Of a stretch of DNA of 64,000 nucleotides, positions 36,581-47,565 are shown one piece after another. Positions within the stretch are counted from its first letter, which is position 1. Each line of letters starts with the position of its first letter. The notes under the pieces are model-generated. The model made no database searches. It was not told where the DNA came from and worked only from the letters and a program-made list of their open reading frames with translations. The DNA comes from a virus (lineage: Duplodnaviria; Caudoviricetes): IMG/VR virus record IMGVR_UViG_3300020349_000003. One strand, given 5' to 3'. Position numbers and translations under genes: made by a program.

Positions 36581-39500
36581 TTAATTTAGGAAGATAGAAG
36601 TACCAGTCTGTGAAATGGCACCATCAGCATTTATACCAATGTTACCCTTTGCTTTAATGGTTGCTGGTCCAGTCTTAGACTCCATACGAATGAGTCCATC
36701 ATGTGCCATTACATTATAAGCACCTTCCATTACATTTAAATTAAATCCAGTTGAACCGCACTGCATAGAAACTGGTCCTGAAGGATTAGCGACTGTAAAT
36801 CTAGGTACTGCATCAGTTGTAGACCCACCAGGCATAAGAGCAAGATCTACAGAACCATGACATATGGTACTGATACCTGACTTAGTTGCAGAAGGGTTCT
36901 TATTAATATTAATCTTTTGATACAATGCAGTGGTAACCATTTCAATTGAGTTATCTGCACTAATAATACATTCTACACCAGAATACTTTTGTAGTTTTGA
37001 TGCATTTTCAAATTCTTTACCTGTAATAGATGTCTTAGTTGCAGCCATTCTTAAGTTTGCTGCTTGCATTTCAAATGCAGCACCAGCAACATTCATATCA
37101 ACATCAGATCCAAAACTAATAATATGTTTTTGAATCTCAGTACTTTTAGGTACACCATGCTTACTAACAGATTTTGGAGCACCTTGAGCACTGAAGAAAA
37201 ATCCTCCACCAACTTCAATATGACAATCACCTGTTACTTTTAATCTATAATCACCTTGAACCGTTCTACAGTAATCATTATCAACAACCTTTGCATCATC
37301 CCCATGTACCTCTTCAGTCTTAGTACCAGCCCAACTAATATGATCGGCAAGTAAATTACCTTCATCTCCATTAGCAGCACTACTAGGATGATATCTAACT
37401 GGAAATGCATCAAGAGATGTTTTTATAACTGTTCCTGTAGGATCCTTTAATGTCCATGCAATACCAGCAGGATTTCTTTCCCATCCAGAACCAGCATTTT
37501 CAGTATATACATTGGTTATAGAACCCTTAATAGTATGCGTACCAGCTTGCACATTCTCCACAGTAAATGTAGATGTTACGGCATGTGATTGGAACATTGA
37601 TGTCTGACCCAAAGTTACTCCATCCCATGAAATACTACCTTGATTATCTGCCTGTACTTCAAAAGTATATGTTCCTTGAACAGTAACAACTACTTCCCAT
37701 GTACCAGTATGAGTTCCTAGTAGTGCCGAAGTATTAGATGGATAAACACCATAAGTTTTTAAGAAGTCACTCCATAAACCTTGTACACCATCTGGTAAAT
37801 TGTCAGCAGATCTAACCCAAGGGGTCTGTGAAGATGTTGTTCTAGTTGAAGCTGCAACTGCTTCTGCTGCTGCAATACTAACCTCATCCTCTGATAGATC
37901 TGGAAACTCTTCTTTAATCTTTCTCTTAGCCATCCACTCTTGGTGCATAGCATTATTCAAACTTACTGAAGTGTGTGTAGTACCATTCTCTCTCTTTATA
38001 ATAGTTGCTTGACGACCAGGCGTACCAACATATAATTCAAACAAACCATTAACTTGTGTCTTAGCAGTAGTTAAATAAGGATCTGCTTCAGAGAATACAG
38101 AATCAAATAGTCCACCAGCAATGGTAGTAGATTCTCCACATTTACCTCTAGTTTCACCTCTAAGTACTGCTATAGAAGCAAATTCTTCAGGAGTACAATG
38201 AGTTACACCAAATAAAGGGAACCAACCAACATCATCTTCACCACCTTTAGGTGGTCTAACACAACCAGACTCAGAAAATTCAACAAATAATTTTATCAAC
38301 CCAGTCAATGTATTAACATCTTTAGTGAATAGGTCAGTTTTATCAGAGAATATCTTATTACCAGCCTTCCAAGTATCTAATACTTCCTTTGCATCTTGAT
38401 AATTAGCAACTACTGATTCAGTTTCTGACACTACAGTAGTAAGAGTATTCAATAATTTTTCAACATTACAAATTACAATGCTAATAACACCCTCAACACC
38501 CTGAGTAACAAAAGTTGGTTTATCAATCAAACTAGATAAGTATGAATCTAAATTAGTTGTTACAGTAGTTAATGGTGTGTTAATAAAATCTGTTAGGTTA
38601 TTATCAATAGCACATAGACTAGATAATATCTTACTTACTTCTGCCTGTACAGTAGTTTGCACTACATAAGGTGCTCCAGTTGACTTATTCAATAGAACAG
38701 ATAACTCCAAATCATCTATAAGATTAGAAGTCGATGTACGCATAGCACTAACAACTTGAGTGAATACAGTACCTAAGAAATTTTGTATTTTTGCAGTAAG
38801 TTCTGCATTTGTTACAAGAGTTCCAGTAATAACATTTAAGTATTGGTCACCAGATTTAACTAAAAGTCCAGCTTGGTCTGCTAAGTCTTCTAGCAAATAA
38901 GATAAAGTATAATCTAAACTCTTCCAAGGTCCACCAACACCATTAGCAGCAGGTATTGGTTTAATTGGTTGTCTTGGTTTTTGAGGATTGCCCGAACTAC
39001 CATTAATTCCAGGAGTCATACCTACATTAAGAGGTGATCCCTTACCCCCAATCTCTGTAGTTGTAGTTGCTGCAACTGTTGATACACTATTATTTTGTAA
39101 TCCTGGTCTTCTAAAATTATCCGACCCAATACCATTAGGATCTCCTGGTCTATTTGAAGCAGGGTTTATAGTACCTGTGCTACTTGCTTTCATATCTTCA
39201 CCAGTGAAAGCAAATTCTTTTATCTGTCTTGATGCTGCTGCTTTATTAATACGCATAACACCAATTACAATTGGCATCTGTGCATCATCACCATCCATAA
39301 AGAATCCCATAACAACTGCACCAGGTTGCAATTGTCCCGAAGATTCACCTTGACCATCATTACCAGCTTGAGATGTATGTTGTAATACTGTTGCCCAAGG
39401 AAGATGGTCTGTCTTTAGATCTGCTGTAGTACCACCACGAACATTAGTGTAATATCCAAGCACACGAACTCTAACCCTACCCAACTCCATAGGGTCTTCA

Positions 39501-39595
39501 TTATCTTCTACTTCACCAACCCACCAGAAAAATCCGTCCTTCCCTACAAAGTTAATATTATTCTCATTAATTATACCATCTATTGTCTGGTTCAT
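36581..39595 (-). CDS. gp5: Baseplate hub/central spike protein gp5
   Basis: FFWWVGEVEDNEDPMELGRVRVRVLGY...LPWA...VMGFFMDG OB-fold; C-terminal beta-helix repeats. Confidence 0.92.
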   Translation of the reverse strand: MNQTIDGIINENNINFVGKDGFFWWVGEVEDNEDPMELGRVRVRVLGYYTNVRGGTTADLKTDHLPWATVLQHTSQAGNDGQGESSGQLQPGAVVMGFFMDGDDAQMPIVIGVMRINKAAASRQIKEFAFTGEDMKASSTGTINPASNRPGDPNGIGSDNFRRPGLQNNSVSTVAATTTTEIGGKGSPLNVGMTPGINGSSGNPQKPRQPIKPIPAANGVGGPWKSLDYTLSYLLEDLADQAGLLVKSGDQYLNVITGTLVTNAELTAKIQNFLGTVFTQVVSAMRTSTSNLIDDLELSVLLNKSTGAPYVVQTTVQAEVSKILSSLCAIDNNLTDFINTPLTTVTTNLDSYLSSLIDKPTFVTQGVEGVISIVICNVEKLLNTLTTVVSETESVVANYQDAKEVLDTWKAGNKIFSDKTDLFTKDVNTLTGLIKLFVEFSESGCVRPPKGGEDDVGWFPLFGVTHCTPEEFASIAVLRGETRGKCGESTTIAGGLFDSVFSEADPYLTTAKTQVNGLFELYVGTPGRQATIIKRENGTTHTSVSLNNAMHQEWMAKRKIKEEFPDLSEDEVSIAAAEAVAASTRTTSSQTPWVRSADNLPDGVQGLWSDFLKTYGVYPSNTSALLGTHTGTWEVVVTVQGTYTFEVQADNQGSISWDGVTLGQTSMFQSHAVTSTFTVENVQAGTHTIKGSITNVYTENAGSGWERNPAGIAWTLKDPTGTVIKTSLDAFPVRYHPSSAANGDEGNLLADHISWAGTKTEEVHGDDAKVVDNDYCRTVQGDYRLKVTGDCHIEVGGGFFFSAQGAPKSVSKHGVPKSTEIQKHIISFGSDVDMNVAGAAFEMQAANLRMAATKTSITGKEFENASKLQKYSGVECIISADNSIEMVTTALYQKININKNPSATKSGISTICHGSVDLALMPGGSTTDAVPRFTVANPSGPVSMQCGSTGFNLNVMEGAYNVMAHDGLIRMESKTGPATIKAKGNIGINADGAISQTGTSIFLN

Positions 39596-39621
39596 TTTTA
39601 TTAGGGTCTTATCATGTATAT

Positions 39622-40080
39622 TTATTGAACTCTCAGGTACTTATAAATTTCATCTGCACCCCAGACAATTCTACCTTTAGAATCTAAAAATCTATCTCTC
39701 ATAAAAAGTTTAGTACCATACACACCAAGTTCAGCATGTCCAGTTATAACTTCCCCAGTTTCATCCATACTAGTATCAAACTTACCTAACCATGCTTGCC
39801 CATCATACTTTAATACCATATCACAATCTTCATTGCGAGCCAAACCACTATAGGTTCCACCCCAATGCTCTAAAATAACTTCTTTATCCGATACTTCTAC
39901 TAATTTCTTGTAAGTTTTTAAATACGGTTCATGGGGTGTTCTCCTACCCCAATGAATCGAATTTATAAACTCATCATTTTGCTCCCATCTAACAGATACG
40001 GATTTGTATAAAGTAGGAGCTGATTGTGCTTGATGCTTATTAGACCAAGTTCCAAGTAACCATGATAAAAAGTTTGTCAT
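39622..40080 (-). CDS. cpeT: CpeT/CpcT-like phycobilin lyase
   Basis: GTWSNKHQAQSAP...PY...CDMV...DRFLDSKGRIVWG. Confidence 0.85.
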   Translation of the reverse strand: MTNFLSWLLGTWSNKHQAQSAPTLYKSVSVRWEQNDEFINSIHWGRRTPHEPYLKTYKKLVEVSDKEVILEHWGGTYSGLARNEDCDMVLKYDGQAWLGKFDTSMDETGEVITGHAELGVYGTKLFMRDRFLDSKGRIVWGADEIYKYLRVQ

Positions 40081-40307
40081 TAATCGTCATATACTAGGCA
40101 CTCTGGCTCGTCAGGATGCATTTCACAGAATAGTTCAATAGTGTTAGGATCATGATGGTCTCCAGCATTGATCTCTTCAATATGATGCTCACGATAAACT
40201 TCTAACTCGTGTAGCTCTTCTGCAACATGCCTACGAGATGCAGGACTAGTTGTTGGATTGTCAAGGATATCCCTATCTTTTTGAATGTGTTGTTCGATAG
40301 TTGTCAT
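40080..40307 (-). CDS. cp12: CP12 Calvin-cycle inhibitor
   Basis: C-terminal ELFCEMHPDEPECLVYDD. Confidence 0.93.
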   Translation of the reverse strand: MTTIEQHIQKDRDILDNPTTSPASRRHVAEELHELEVYREHHIEEINAGDHHDPNTIELFCEMHPDEPECLVYDD

Positions 40308-40348
40308 AATTTTTTGTCTCCGTTACTAATAGGTAACAATACTATTTA

Positions 40349-41728
40349 TTATCCTAGTATACTATCTCGACCTAGCAACAGTTCTGTCTTCATTTTAAGA
40401 CCATCTCCTGTATGATGACGTACACCCATAATAACATATCTACCACTATACTTCCTATCATTCTGCACTGTCGTACCAGATCTGAACGTTCCTGGTAATT
40501 TAATCTGTACACCATGTCCAGCATAAAGGTCTAAGTTACCTGGAATAGTAATCATCAATTTAATATTTTTGAGTGTCTCTCTACGCAAATATTCATATGC
40601 TTGAAGTTCAACAATCTCTTCATAGTTTTTCTGAGGGTTATTCTTATATTTTGGATCAAATAATTGATTAGGTATCATCGTATATCTAACTCTCTTTGGT
40701 TGGTCAAGAACTTTTTGTATTTCTTTATCCATCAAAGAAATTGGATTAACGTAGTTTGTACCACCAACATGGGACATCTTTTTCCATACCTTCTTAAGAG
40801 CATAATTATACTCTTTCTCCTTCATATCAGTACTAACACCAAGTCTTGATTGATTGATAGAAACTGGGTCAAACCCAATACTATATCCAGCCCACGCACC
40901 ATGTCTCAATCCCATAAGATAACTCCTCTCTTCTGGGAAAATAACACTATCAATTTTATACTGGTCATCACCAGTTTCAATCTTAGTACCTTTAGGTGAA
41001 TATGTGTAAGTATAGAGTGCTGGTTTACCCTTTATAGCATCTGTCTTGTCTTCCTTTTGTTCATTAACATCATCAATCATCTTATCAATTGATTTAAAAT
41101 GAAATCCTAAAGCAGATTCCCAGAAATTAAATCCATTCTGTAATACTCCACCCTTCTTAGATTTGCGTACAGATCTCTCAGCAACCCAATAAACAACATC
41201 AATAGGTCTCCAGTTAGGGATAACCAATCTCTGCTTATTAATAGTCTGCTCTAAGAAAAGACGTTTCTTACTTCCTAAGTACTTTTTATCTCTCAATAAT
41301 TTCCTAATAATCTGTGATGCCTCTATAGAACCAGCAAATATCTTTTCAGTATGACCAAAGACATTCTTAATTTCATTCTTAATAAACTCATCAGAAACAC
41401 AATTGACTATAAAGACATCTGCTGTTTGTGCTGTTCTAACTCTATCCTCAATATGAGCACACCTCAACCAATAATCTCTATTACCAGTATAATGAAATAC
41501 AGTCAATTTAAATACTTCAGATCCAGTCAATGCTCCCATTAAACCTGATGAATCTTCAATTATAATACGTGCTTCAATAGTAGAAGACTCGACAGCTTCT
41601 ATAATTTCAAAACCCTTAACATATTCAGCAAGTTCATACTTACCTTCAGAGTTCTCCATCCTCTTACCATTACGCCAGAGGCTGATTTTAAAATCTATTT
41701 CTGCTGTGTTAGCTCTTTTACTACTCAT
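40349..41728 (-). CDS. Baseplate hub protein (gp27-like)
   Basis: Position next to gp5; IPNWRP, FWES..GFHFKSID, IPGNLDLYAG, SGRYVIMGVRH motifs. Confidence 0.65.
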   Translation of the reverse strand: MSSKRANTAEIDFKISLWRNGKRMENSEGKYELAEYVKGFEIIEAVESSTIEARIIIEDSSGLMGALTGSEVFKLTVFHYTGNRDYWLRCAHIEDRVRTAQTADVFIVNCVSDEFIKNEIKNVFGHTEKIFAGSIEASQIIRKLLRDKKYLGSKKRLFLEQTINKQRLVIPNWRPIDVVYWVAERSVRKSKKGGVLQNGFNFWESALGFHFKSIDKMIDDVNEQKEDKTDAIKGKPALYTYTYSPKGTKIETGDDQYKIDSVIFPEERSYLMGLRHGAWAGYSIGFDPVSINQSRLGVSTDMKEKEYNYALKKVWKKMSHVGGTNYVNPISLMDKEIQKVLDQPKRVRYTMIPNQLFDPKYKNNPQKNYEEIVELQAYEYLRRETLKNIKLMITIPGNLDLYAGHGVQIKLPGTFRSGTTVQNDRKYSGRYVIMGVRHHTGDGLKMKTELLLGRDSILG

Positions 41729-41730
41729 AA

Positions 41731-44484
41731 TTACTTACTCTTACTAGAACTTAGTTTGGATGCCAACGATTTGAAGATTCCCATAAAGGATGCACCTTGT
41801 TGTTGTTGTGATTGCTGACTTAATCTTGCAACCGCTTCTGCACCCATTCTTGCCTGACTAGCAGCGGCTTTATTGGATGAGTTAACAGCAGAAGTAATCT
41901 CTCTAGCATTTTGACTAGATTGGTCATGCAGTCTGGACATGATATTACGTTTCTGTTGCGATGCTTCATACTTCATTATCTGTCTATGTCTTTCATTCTG
42001 TCTCTTCTTAAATTCCATCCTCTCTTCTTTCTTATCTTTTGCACCTTTACCACCAAATATACCCTGTAATACTTGACCCAACCCACCAGACATTGAACCA
42101 CCTTGTTTAGCAGAACTGCCTTTCTTAGTAGGCATTCCAAATATACCAAATAAACTATCCATTAGTCCACCTTTTTCACCACCTTTACCACCAAGTCCAC
42201 TTTCAGTTAGTAATCTAATTAAACTCGTTCCTATATTATCATCCTTACCGCTTGTTATATTACCAACTACACTCATTAATCCTTTTATCATAGCAGGGTT
42301 CATTCCACCTAACAAACCAGCCATATGATTAGATTGCTTATTACTAAACTGATAATTACCAAATTTAACAGCACCTCCACCAGTAAGCAATGCAGCCAAC
42401 CCACCTTTCTTACCTATACCAGAAGCAGATTTGAATATTGTAGAACCAATCAACTGACTTGCTTTTGCTGGATCTACACCAGTTTCTTGTATACGCTCCT
42501 TAAGTCTACCGCTTTCTTTTGCTAACTTCATTGCTTTACCAGCCATATTCAATTCATTATTAGAGAATTTTCTCTTAACTGCACCATTACCTACATTAGG
42601 ATATTGTCCAGGAGCATTCAATATATCAGTAAGACTTCCACTATTTGCTCCAAATTGCATAGCATTACCAGTCTTATCGATAACTGCTTTCCTATTCATA
42701 ACAGTTCTAGCCAAGAGGGCACTAGTAAGTTCATCACCACGATGAGAAGCAACCAATCTCTGTAATATACCTAATCCACCTGACTGGGGTTCTTGATATG
42801 CTTGAGGGTGTCCAAAAGCTCTTTGACCACCACCCTTTAATATAGAAGAAATACCAGAGAGACCCAATCCACCACTTTCAAATCCTGGTGGACCATTATT
42901 AAATCCAAGTTGCTTAGCTTGTGCCAATCTCATCATAGTGAGCATTGGATTTCTTCTAGTTGCAGCATTGTCAAACGGTACTATAAACCCATCATTACTA
43001 CCAGATTTAGTAAACATTCCTTCCAACCCGTGAGCCACCAATGGTTGTCCATTATGCTCTTCAAGATATCCTCCATGAGAACCATTCATCCATCTACCCA
43101 TTTGCCCACCATTTGCATAAGAACCAATTGGACCACCACCTTCTCTAGATGGTATATCATGACCTGCCCATTTTAAAAAATCACCTATACTAGTCTTATC
43201 ACCATTAGCTACATTTTCAGCACTTTCGACAAGATTTTGAGTACTCATCTGTAGTTTCTGGAACATTTGATTCTTACTACCCAATGCAGATTCAAGTGTA
43301 CCAGCAAGCTTGAGCAGCAGATTTGCTTTACCAGCTCCATCAGCATCATTCATCCTATCGCCAAATTCTTTACTTTCACCTTTGAAGGTTTTAATCAAAC
43401 CCTTCATTTGCTCATTTGCTGTATACATTCCAGCAATAACACCTAATGCATTAGGTGAATCACCATCCTTCTTAGATTCCTTTTCTCCACCCTTGAACCA
43501 ATTCTTCGGGTTCCACTTATTCTCCTTCTTCTCTTCCTTCTTTTTTATTCCGAGTGCCTTAGCAATGTCAGTATCGTACATTGCAGTAGTAAGGTCTTCC
43601 CCAAACTGCTCTATAGAAAATGCTCTATCTGTACCTCTATTTCCACCTGAAGCATTAGGACTACTATCATCACCAGAATCTTCATTCTCCTTCTTACCTA
43701 ATGCCCACTGAGCAAACTGAAAAAGTGAATATGCACCAACAGCACCACCAAGTAACCAAGCACCCTTACCCCATTTACCACCAGTTAAGAATTTTTTCCT
43801 CTTAGTTAATTGTGCCTTTGCTAATTTTGTTTTGATGGCAAGCATCTTGCCAACATTTGCCACAGATCTTAAAAGTTTAACTGGATTAGCTAAGAACTTG
43901 ATGGCCAAAAATCCAGCAGCAAACTTAATCCAAAGTTTAGTAAACGATGTTATCTTTTTCCAAGGACTAGTTTTTTCATCAAACAAATCATGAAGTTCAT
44001 TTACAGCATGAACAAACTGACTACTAAGAAAGTCAGTAATACCTTTTAGGACTTTCCAAGTAGTCTCAAGTATCTTTTCTAATTTCTTTTTATTTGCTGG
44101 ATCTGATAACCAATTCAATATTGGTCTAATAATGAATATCTTAAGTAAACTTCCAAAGAAGGAAAGCATACTTTCTAAAAATCCCTTAACTTTATATGCT
44201 TTTATATTAAGCATTAAAGATTTAAATGGATTCCCTTTCTGCTTTGTATATTTTGGTTTAAATTTTTGTTTTGATGCTTTAATATCTTCATTTAATCGAT
44301 GAAGAGCAATATTCTTTAAAGCAACTACAGTTGAGGCAATACCATTAATGGTACGACCCATATTGTTTTGTGCCTGAGTCTGTACATTAAGACTTTTAGC
44401 GACTGGATCAACATCTCCACCAGAATCTGAGTTCGTATTTACGAACTTGTACATATTAATCTTAGTAGATTTTGATATAGTCAT
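41731..44484 (-). CDS. Tape-measure-like/baseplate hub protein with a degenerate cell-wall-hydrolase-like segment
   Basis: 917 aa, helical and Gly/Lys-rich; ARTVMNR...DILNAPGQY. Confidence 0.55.
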   Translation of the reverse strand: MTISKSTKINMYKFVNTNSDSGGDVDPVAKSLNVQTQAQNNMGRTINGIASTVVALKNIALHRLNEDIKASKQKFKPKYTKQKGNPFKSLMLNIKAYKVKGFLESMLSFFGSLLKIFIIRPILNWLSDPANKKKLEKILETTWKVLKGITDFLSSQFVHAVNELHDLFDEKTSPWKKITSFTKLWIKFAAGFLAIKFLANPVKLLRSVANVGKMLAIKTKLAKAQLTKRKKFLTGGKWGKGAWLLGGAVGAYSLFQFAQWALGKKENEDSGDDSSPNASGGNRGTDRAFSIEQFGEDLTTAMYDTDIAKALGIKKKEEKKENKWNPKNWFKGGEKESKKDGDSPNALGVIAGMYTANEQMKGLIKTFKGESKEFGDRMNDADGAGKANLLLKLAGTLESALGSKNQMFQKLQMSTQNLVESAENVANGDKTSIGDFLKWAGHDIPSREGGGPIGSYANGGQMGRWMNGSHGGYLEEHNGQPLVAHGLEGMFTKSGSNDGFIVPFDNAATRRNPMLTMMRLAQAKQLGFNNGPPGFESGGLGLSGISSILKGGGQRAFGHPQAYQEPQSGGLGILQRLVASHRGDELTSALLARTVMNRKAVIDKTGNAMQFGANSGSLTDILNAPGQYPNVGNGAVKRKFSNNELNMAGKAMKLAKESGRLKERIQETGVDPAKASQLIGSTIFKSASGIGKKGGLAALLTGGGAVKFGNYQFSNKQSNHMAGLLGGMNPAMIKGLMSVVGNITSGKDDNIGTSLIRLLTESGLGGKGGEKGGLMDSLFGIFGMPTKKGSSAKQGGSMSGGLGQVLQGIFGGKGAKDKKEERMEFKKRQNERHRQIMKYEASQQKRNIMSRLHDQSSQNAREITSAVNSSNKAAASQARMGAEAVARLSQQSQQQQGASFMGIFKSLASKLSSSKSK

Positions 44485-44509
44485 TAATACACTATCTCCA
44501 CCATTCTAT

Positions 44510-47500
44510 TTATTTACCAAATCCTAAACGACTTAGGAGTCCACCAGATCCACTGGAACCGCCTCCTCCACCGCCTGACTGAACTCCAACTGGTGTTGGA
44601 AGTGCCATAAGTTTTTGAATGACAACAGGGAAACTAACAACAGATATACTTCCAATCTCCTGCATAATTTTTTGCTTCTCTGATTCACCACCCTCTCTTA
44701 ACATTTGTAGAGTATCAATGACACCAAACATTTCAGGACTCACACCCATTTCACTAGCAAGATCTATCATACCTTGTTCAAAGTTACCTCCGACCATACC
44801 AAGAGCTGCTTTAACAAGTCCACCATAACCATGCTTCTCTGCCATACCAGTAATAAAACCAGCAGCAGAGAAATCACCTGTTAATAGACTTGAAATTCCA
44901 ACAACATCACCGAGACCCATATTCTGTAGGGTTGGTCCTAAGCCTGGTATGGCTCCAAGGACACCTCCGAGTCCCATTTCATCTACACGATTACCAAGGT
45001 TGGCTAAGGTAGCACCTAAAGATGTACCATCAATAGCAGCATTAAATGCGGCACCATAGTTACCAGAGAGTATACCCACACCAATCTTACCCATCTTAGT
45101 ACTCAAGAATCCACCTGGTCCATTCATGTTGGCCATAAAGTTACCAAACTTACTGAACCTCATATTTGTCATCCACTTAGGCATTGATATCGCATTAACA
45201 GTATTAATACTACTAAATGCCCCAGATAGACTCATTATGGCACCCAGTGGGTCACCACTTGCCAATGCCATAACAGCATTAATACCTTTTAATACTGGTC
45301 CTAACCAAGCAACAGCAGGGAACATTACTGGTAATGCCATCATCAAGATTTGTCCTAATGGACCACCCATGACATCTTTCACAGTATTAATAACTCCACC
45401 AACAAAACTACCAATACCTTTAAATACACTACCAATACCTTTACCAATACCTTTAAGAAGACCACCAATAAAGAATGATGGTATTTTTCCACCACGTTCC
45501 CACGGCTTCCACCAAGGTTTACTCTTAGTAACTGGTTGGTCAGCAGAAGAACCAGTACTATGCCTAGATGTTGTATCTTTGTGTGTAGAACCTATACCAA
45601 ATGAACCTTCAGGAACACTATATCCATACTTTTTAACATCCCTCCTGACCATCTTGTCAGTTTGAGACTTATTCCTAAAGAGTTTTAAGAATCCCCAACC
45701 TCTACCACCTGTCTTATCTTTTTGATAGTCAGATTCCTCTTTGGAAATACTAGATCCAGAACCTTCTGCTTCAGTTATATGCTTTGTCTTATCTGCCTCT
45801 TTCTCAGCACCAATCCATTTATTAATACCATCAAATGCTTTACCTATCTCCTGTTTGGCACCTGATACTATATTCTTAGTAGTTCCAAAAGCACTATCGA
45901 ACATATTGGCCATACCTGGAACTGCCTTAGTTCTCTCCCATTCCATTACAGATTCACCTATACCACCAGGAACAATCCTAGAAAGTAGGTATAGATCTAA
46001 TGCCATACCAGCTGGTATTGCCCATTGCATACCTGGTACTAGATAACCAGATAACTCTGCTCCTCCAGCAATAGATTCCAATACACCACCAACATTATCA
46101 CCATTCTTAAACGAATCAACAGCAAAGTAAAAATTGACAAGAGCACCCAAAAGAGGTATATCCTTTAACCTTGAAGCACCTACTTTCTTTGCTCCTGCAC
46201 CTCTAATAAGTTTACCAACAGGAGAATTTTTAACCGCATTATTAAACGGTTTCGTCACATTTTGAACTTGATTCTGAATCGGTTTAACCTTTTTCCATAC
46301 AGGTTCAAGGAACCTCTTGGAAACTGCATCCATACCCTTCTTGGGGATTTTACTTAGATAATCCCAACCATTAGTACCCCACTTTCCTATTTTGTTGACA
46401 CCACCAGTTACCCCATTAACTGTCTTCTTCCACCTAGTATTCATCCACTTACCGAAGGCGTTTTCCTTCATTGGTACAGGAACACGGAAATCTTTAAAAT
46501 CTAATTTCTTTAATAAATTACCAAACTTACTACCCTTTCCAAAAAACTTCTTAAGAGTTTGAGAAACTGTTTTTCCAGCCTCAAATGCCTTACCACCCTT
46601 CTTAGATCCAGATGCTATATGGGGAAATAATGTATTGGTAGTCTTAGCAATATCTGCTGCATTCGTTACACCCTTAAAACCCTTTTTAAAATTATTAAAT
46701 TGCTTCCCAATGAACCTAATCGGTTTCATTATGGGTTTGCCAAACTTCTTGATGGTACTAACCATCTTCTTAAGACGTTTACTCTCCTTAAGGGCATTAA
46801 ATCCCTTCTTAATTCGTTTACCCCAAAGTCTCTTTAATCCCCCTATCCTCAACTTTGGCAATCGCCAATTCATTATAAAGTCAAGTAACCCTACAATATC
46901 AGTTACTGCTGCAAACGGATTGAGCAACCATCGCATCATGGTAAGCCCAAACATGAGCTTACCTAACCCACGTACTCTATCAAAGAATGAATCCTTACCG
47001 TCTTTACCTCCAGCCCCCATGAGATCTGAGAGTCCATCAAGAATATTATCCTTTACAATCCAAGATACAAATGAATATAATTTCTTTACAACAAAGACAA
47101 ACTTCTTTAAAAATGTTTTTAACGCTGTTTTATTCTTCGGATCTTCCAACCAATTAAGAATACTCTTAATGACTGTAAGTTTAATTAACCATCCAAAGAA
47201 TTCTACTATGGGTCTAAGGAACCCATTTAACCAACCAAATTTCTTTTTCGCTAAACCCTTTTGTTTACCATCGGGTTTAACTTTACCACCTTTTTGGAAC
47301 GACTTATCTAATTCTGCTGCTTCCTCTGCTTCAGCATCCCTTTCTCTTTGTTCTGCTCTTCGTTGTGCCTGTTCTGCTAGTATTCTATTTGCTGCACTCT
47401 TGACAGCAATCTGTCTCATATCCCATACAACGTTACCTATACTAGCAACACTATTACCTATTCTATTGGTAGCAGTAATAGATTTTCTTGCAGCAAAAAG

Positions 47501-47563
47501 TGCTGGTGTAATTTTACCCTTTACTCCAGCATTTACAAACTTATGTGTAAACTTATTTGCCAC
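44510..47563 (-). CDS. Tape-measure-like protein (gp29-like)
   Basis: 1017 aa with amphipathic Gly/Lys/Phe repeats; follows gp26/gp51. Confidence 0.6.
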   Translation of the reverse strand: MANKFTHKFVNAGVKGKITPALFAARKSITATNRIGNSVASIGNVVWDMRQIAVKSAANRILAEQAQRRAEQRERDAEAEEAAELDKSFQKGGKVKPDGKQKGLAKKKFGWLNGFLRPIVEFFGWLIKLTVIKSILNWLEDPKNKTALKTFLKKFVFVVKKLYSFVSWIVKDNILDGLSDLMGAGGKDGKDSFFDRVRGLGKLMFGLTMMRWLLNPFAAVTDIVGLLDFIMNWRLPKLRIGGLKRLWGKRIKKGFNALKESKRLKKMVSTIKKFGKPIMKPIRFIGKQFNNFKKGFKGVTNAADIAKTTNTLFPHIASGSKKGGKAFEAGKTVSQTLKKFFGKGSKFGNLLKKLDFKDFRVPVPMKENAFGKWMNTRWKKTVNGVTGGVNKIGKWGTNGWDYLSKIPKKGMDAVSKRFLEPVWKKVKPIQNQVQNVTKPFNNAVKNSPVGKLIRGAGAKKVGASRLKDIPLLGALVNFYFAVDSFKNGDNVGGVLESIAGGAELSGYLVPGMQWAIPAGMALDLYLLSRIVPGGIGESVMEWERTKAVPGMANMFDSAFGTTKNIVSGAKQEIGKAFDGINKWIGAEKEADKTKHITEAEGSGSSISKEESDYQKDKTGGRGWGFLKLFRNKSQTDKMVRRDVKKYGYSVPEGSFGIGSTHKDTTSRHSTGSSADQPVTKSKPWWKPWERGGKIPSFFIGGLLKGIGKGIGSVFKGIGSFVGGVINTVKDVMGGPLGQILMMALPVMFPAVAWLGPVLKGINAVMALASGDPLGAIMSLSGAFSSINTVNAISMPKWMTNMRFSKFGNFMANMNGPGGFLSTKMGKIGVGILSGNYGAAFNAAIDGTSLGATLANLGNRVDEMGLGGVLGAIPGLGPTLQNMGLGDVVGISSLLTGDFSAAGFITGMAEKHGYGGLVKAALGMVGGNFEQGMIDLASEMGVSPEMFGVIDTLQMLREGGESEKQKIMQEIGSISVVSFPVVIQKLMALPTPVGVQSGGGGGGSSGSGGLLSRLGFGK

Positions 47564-47565
47564 TA

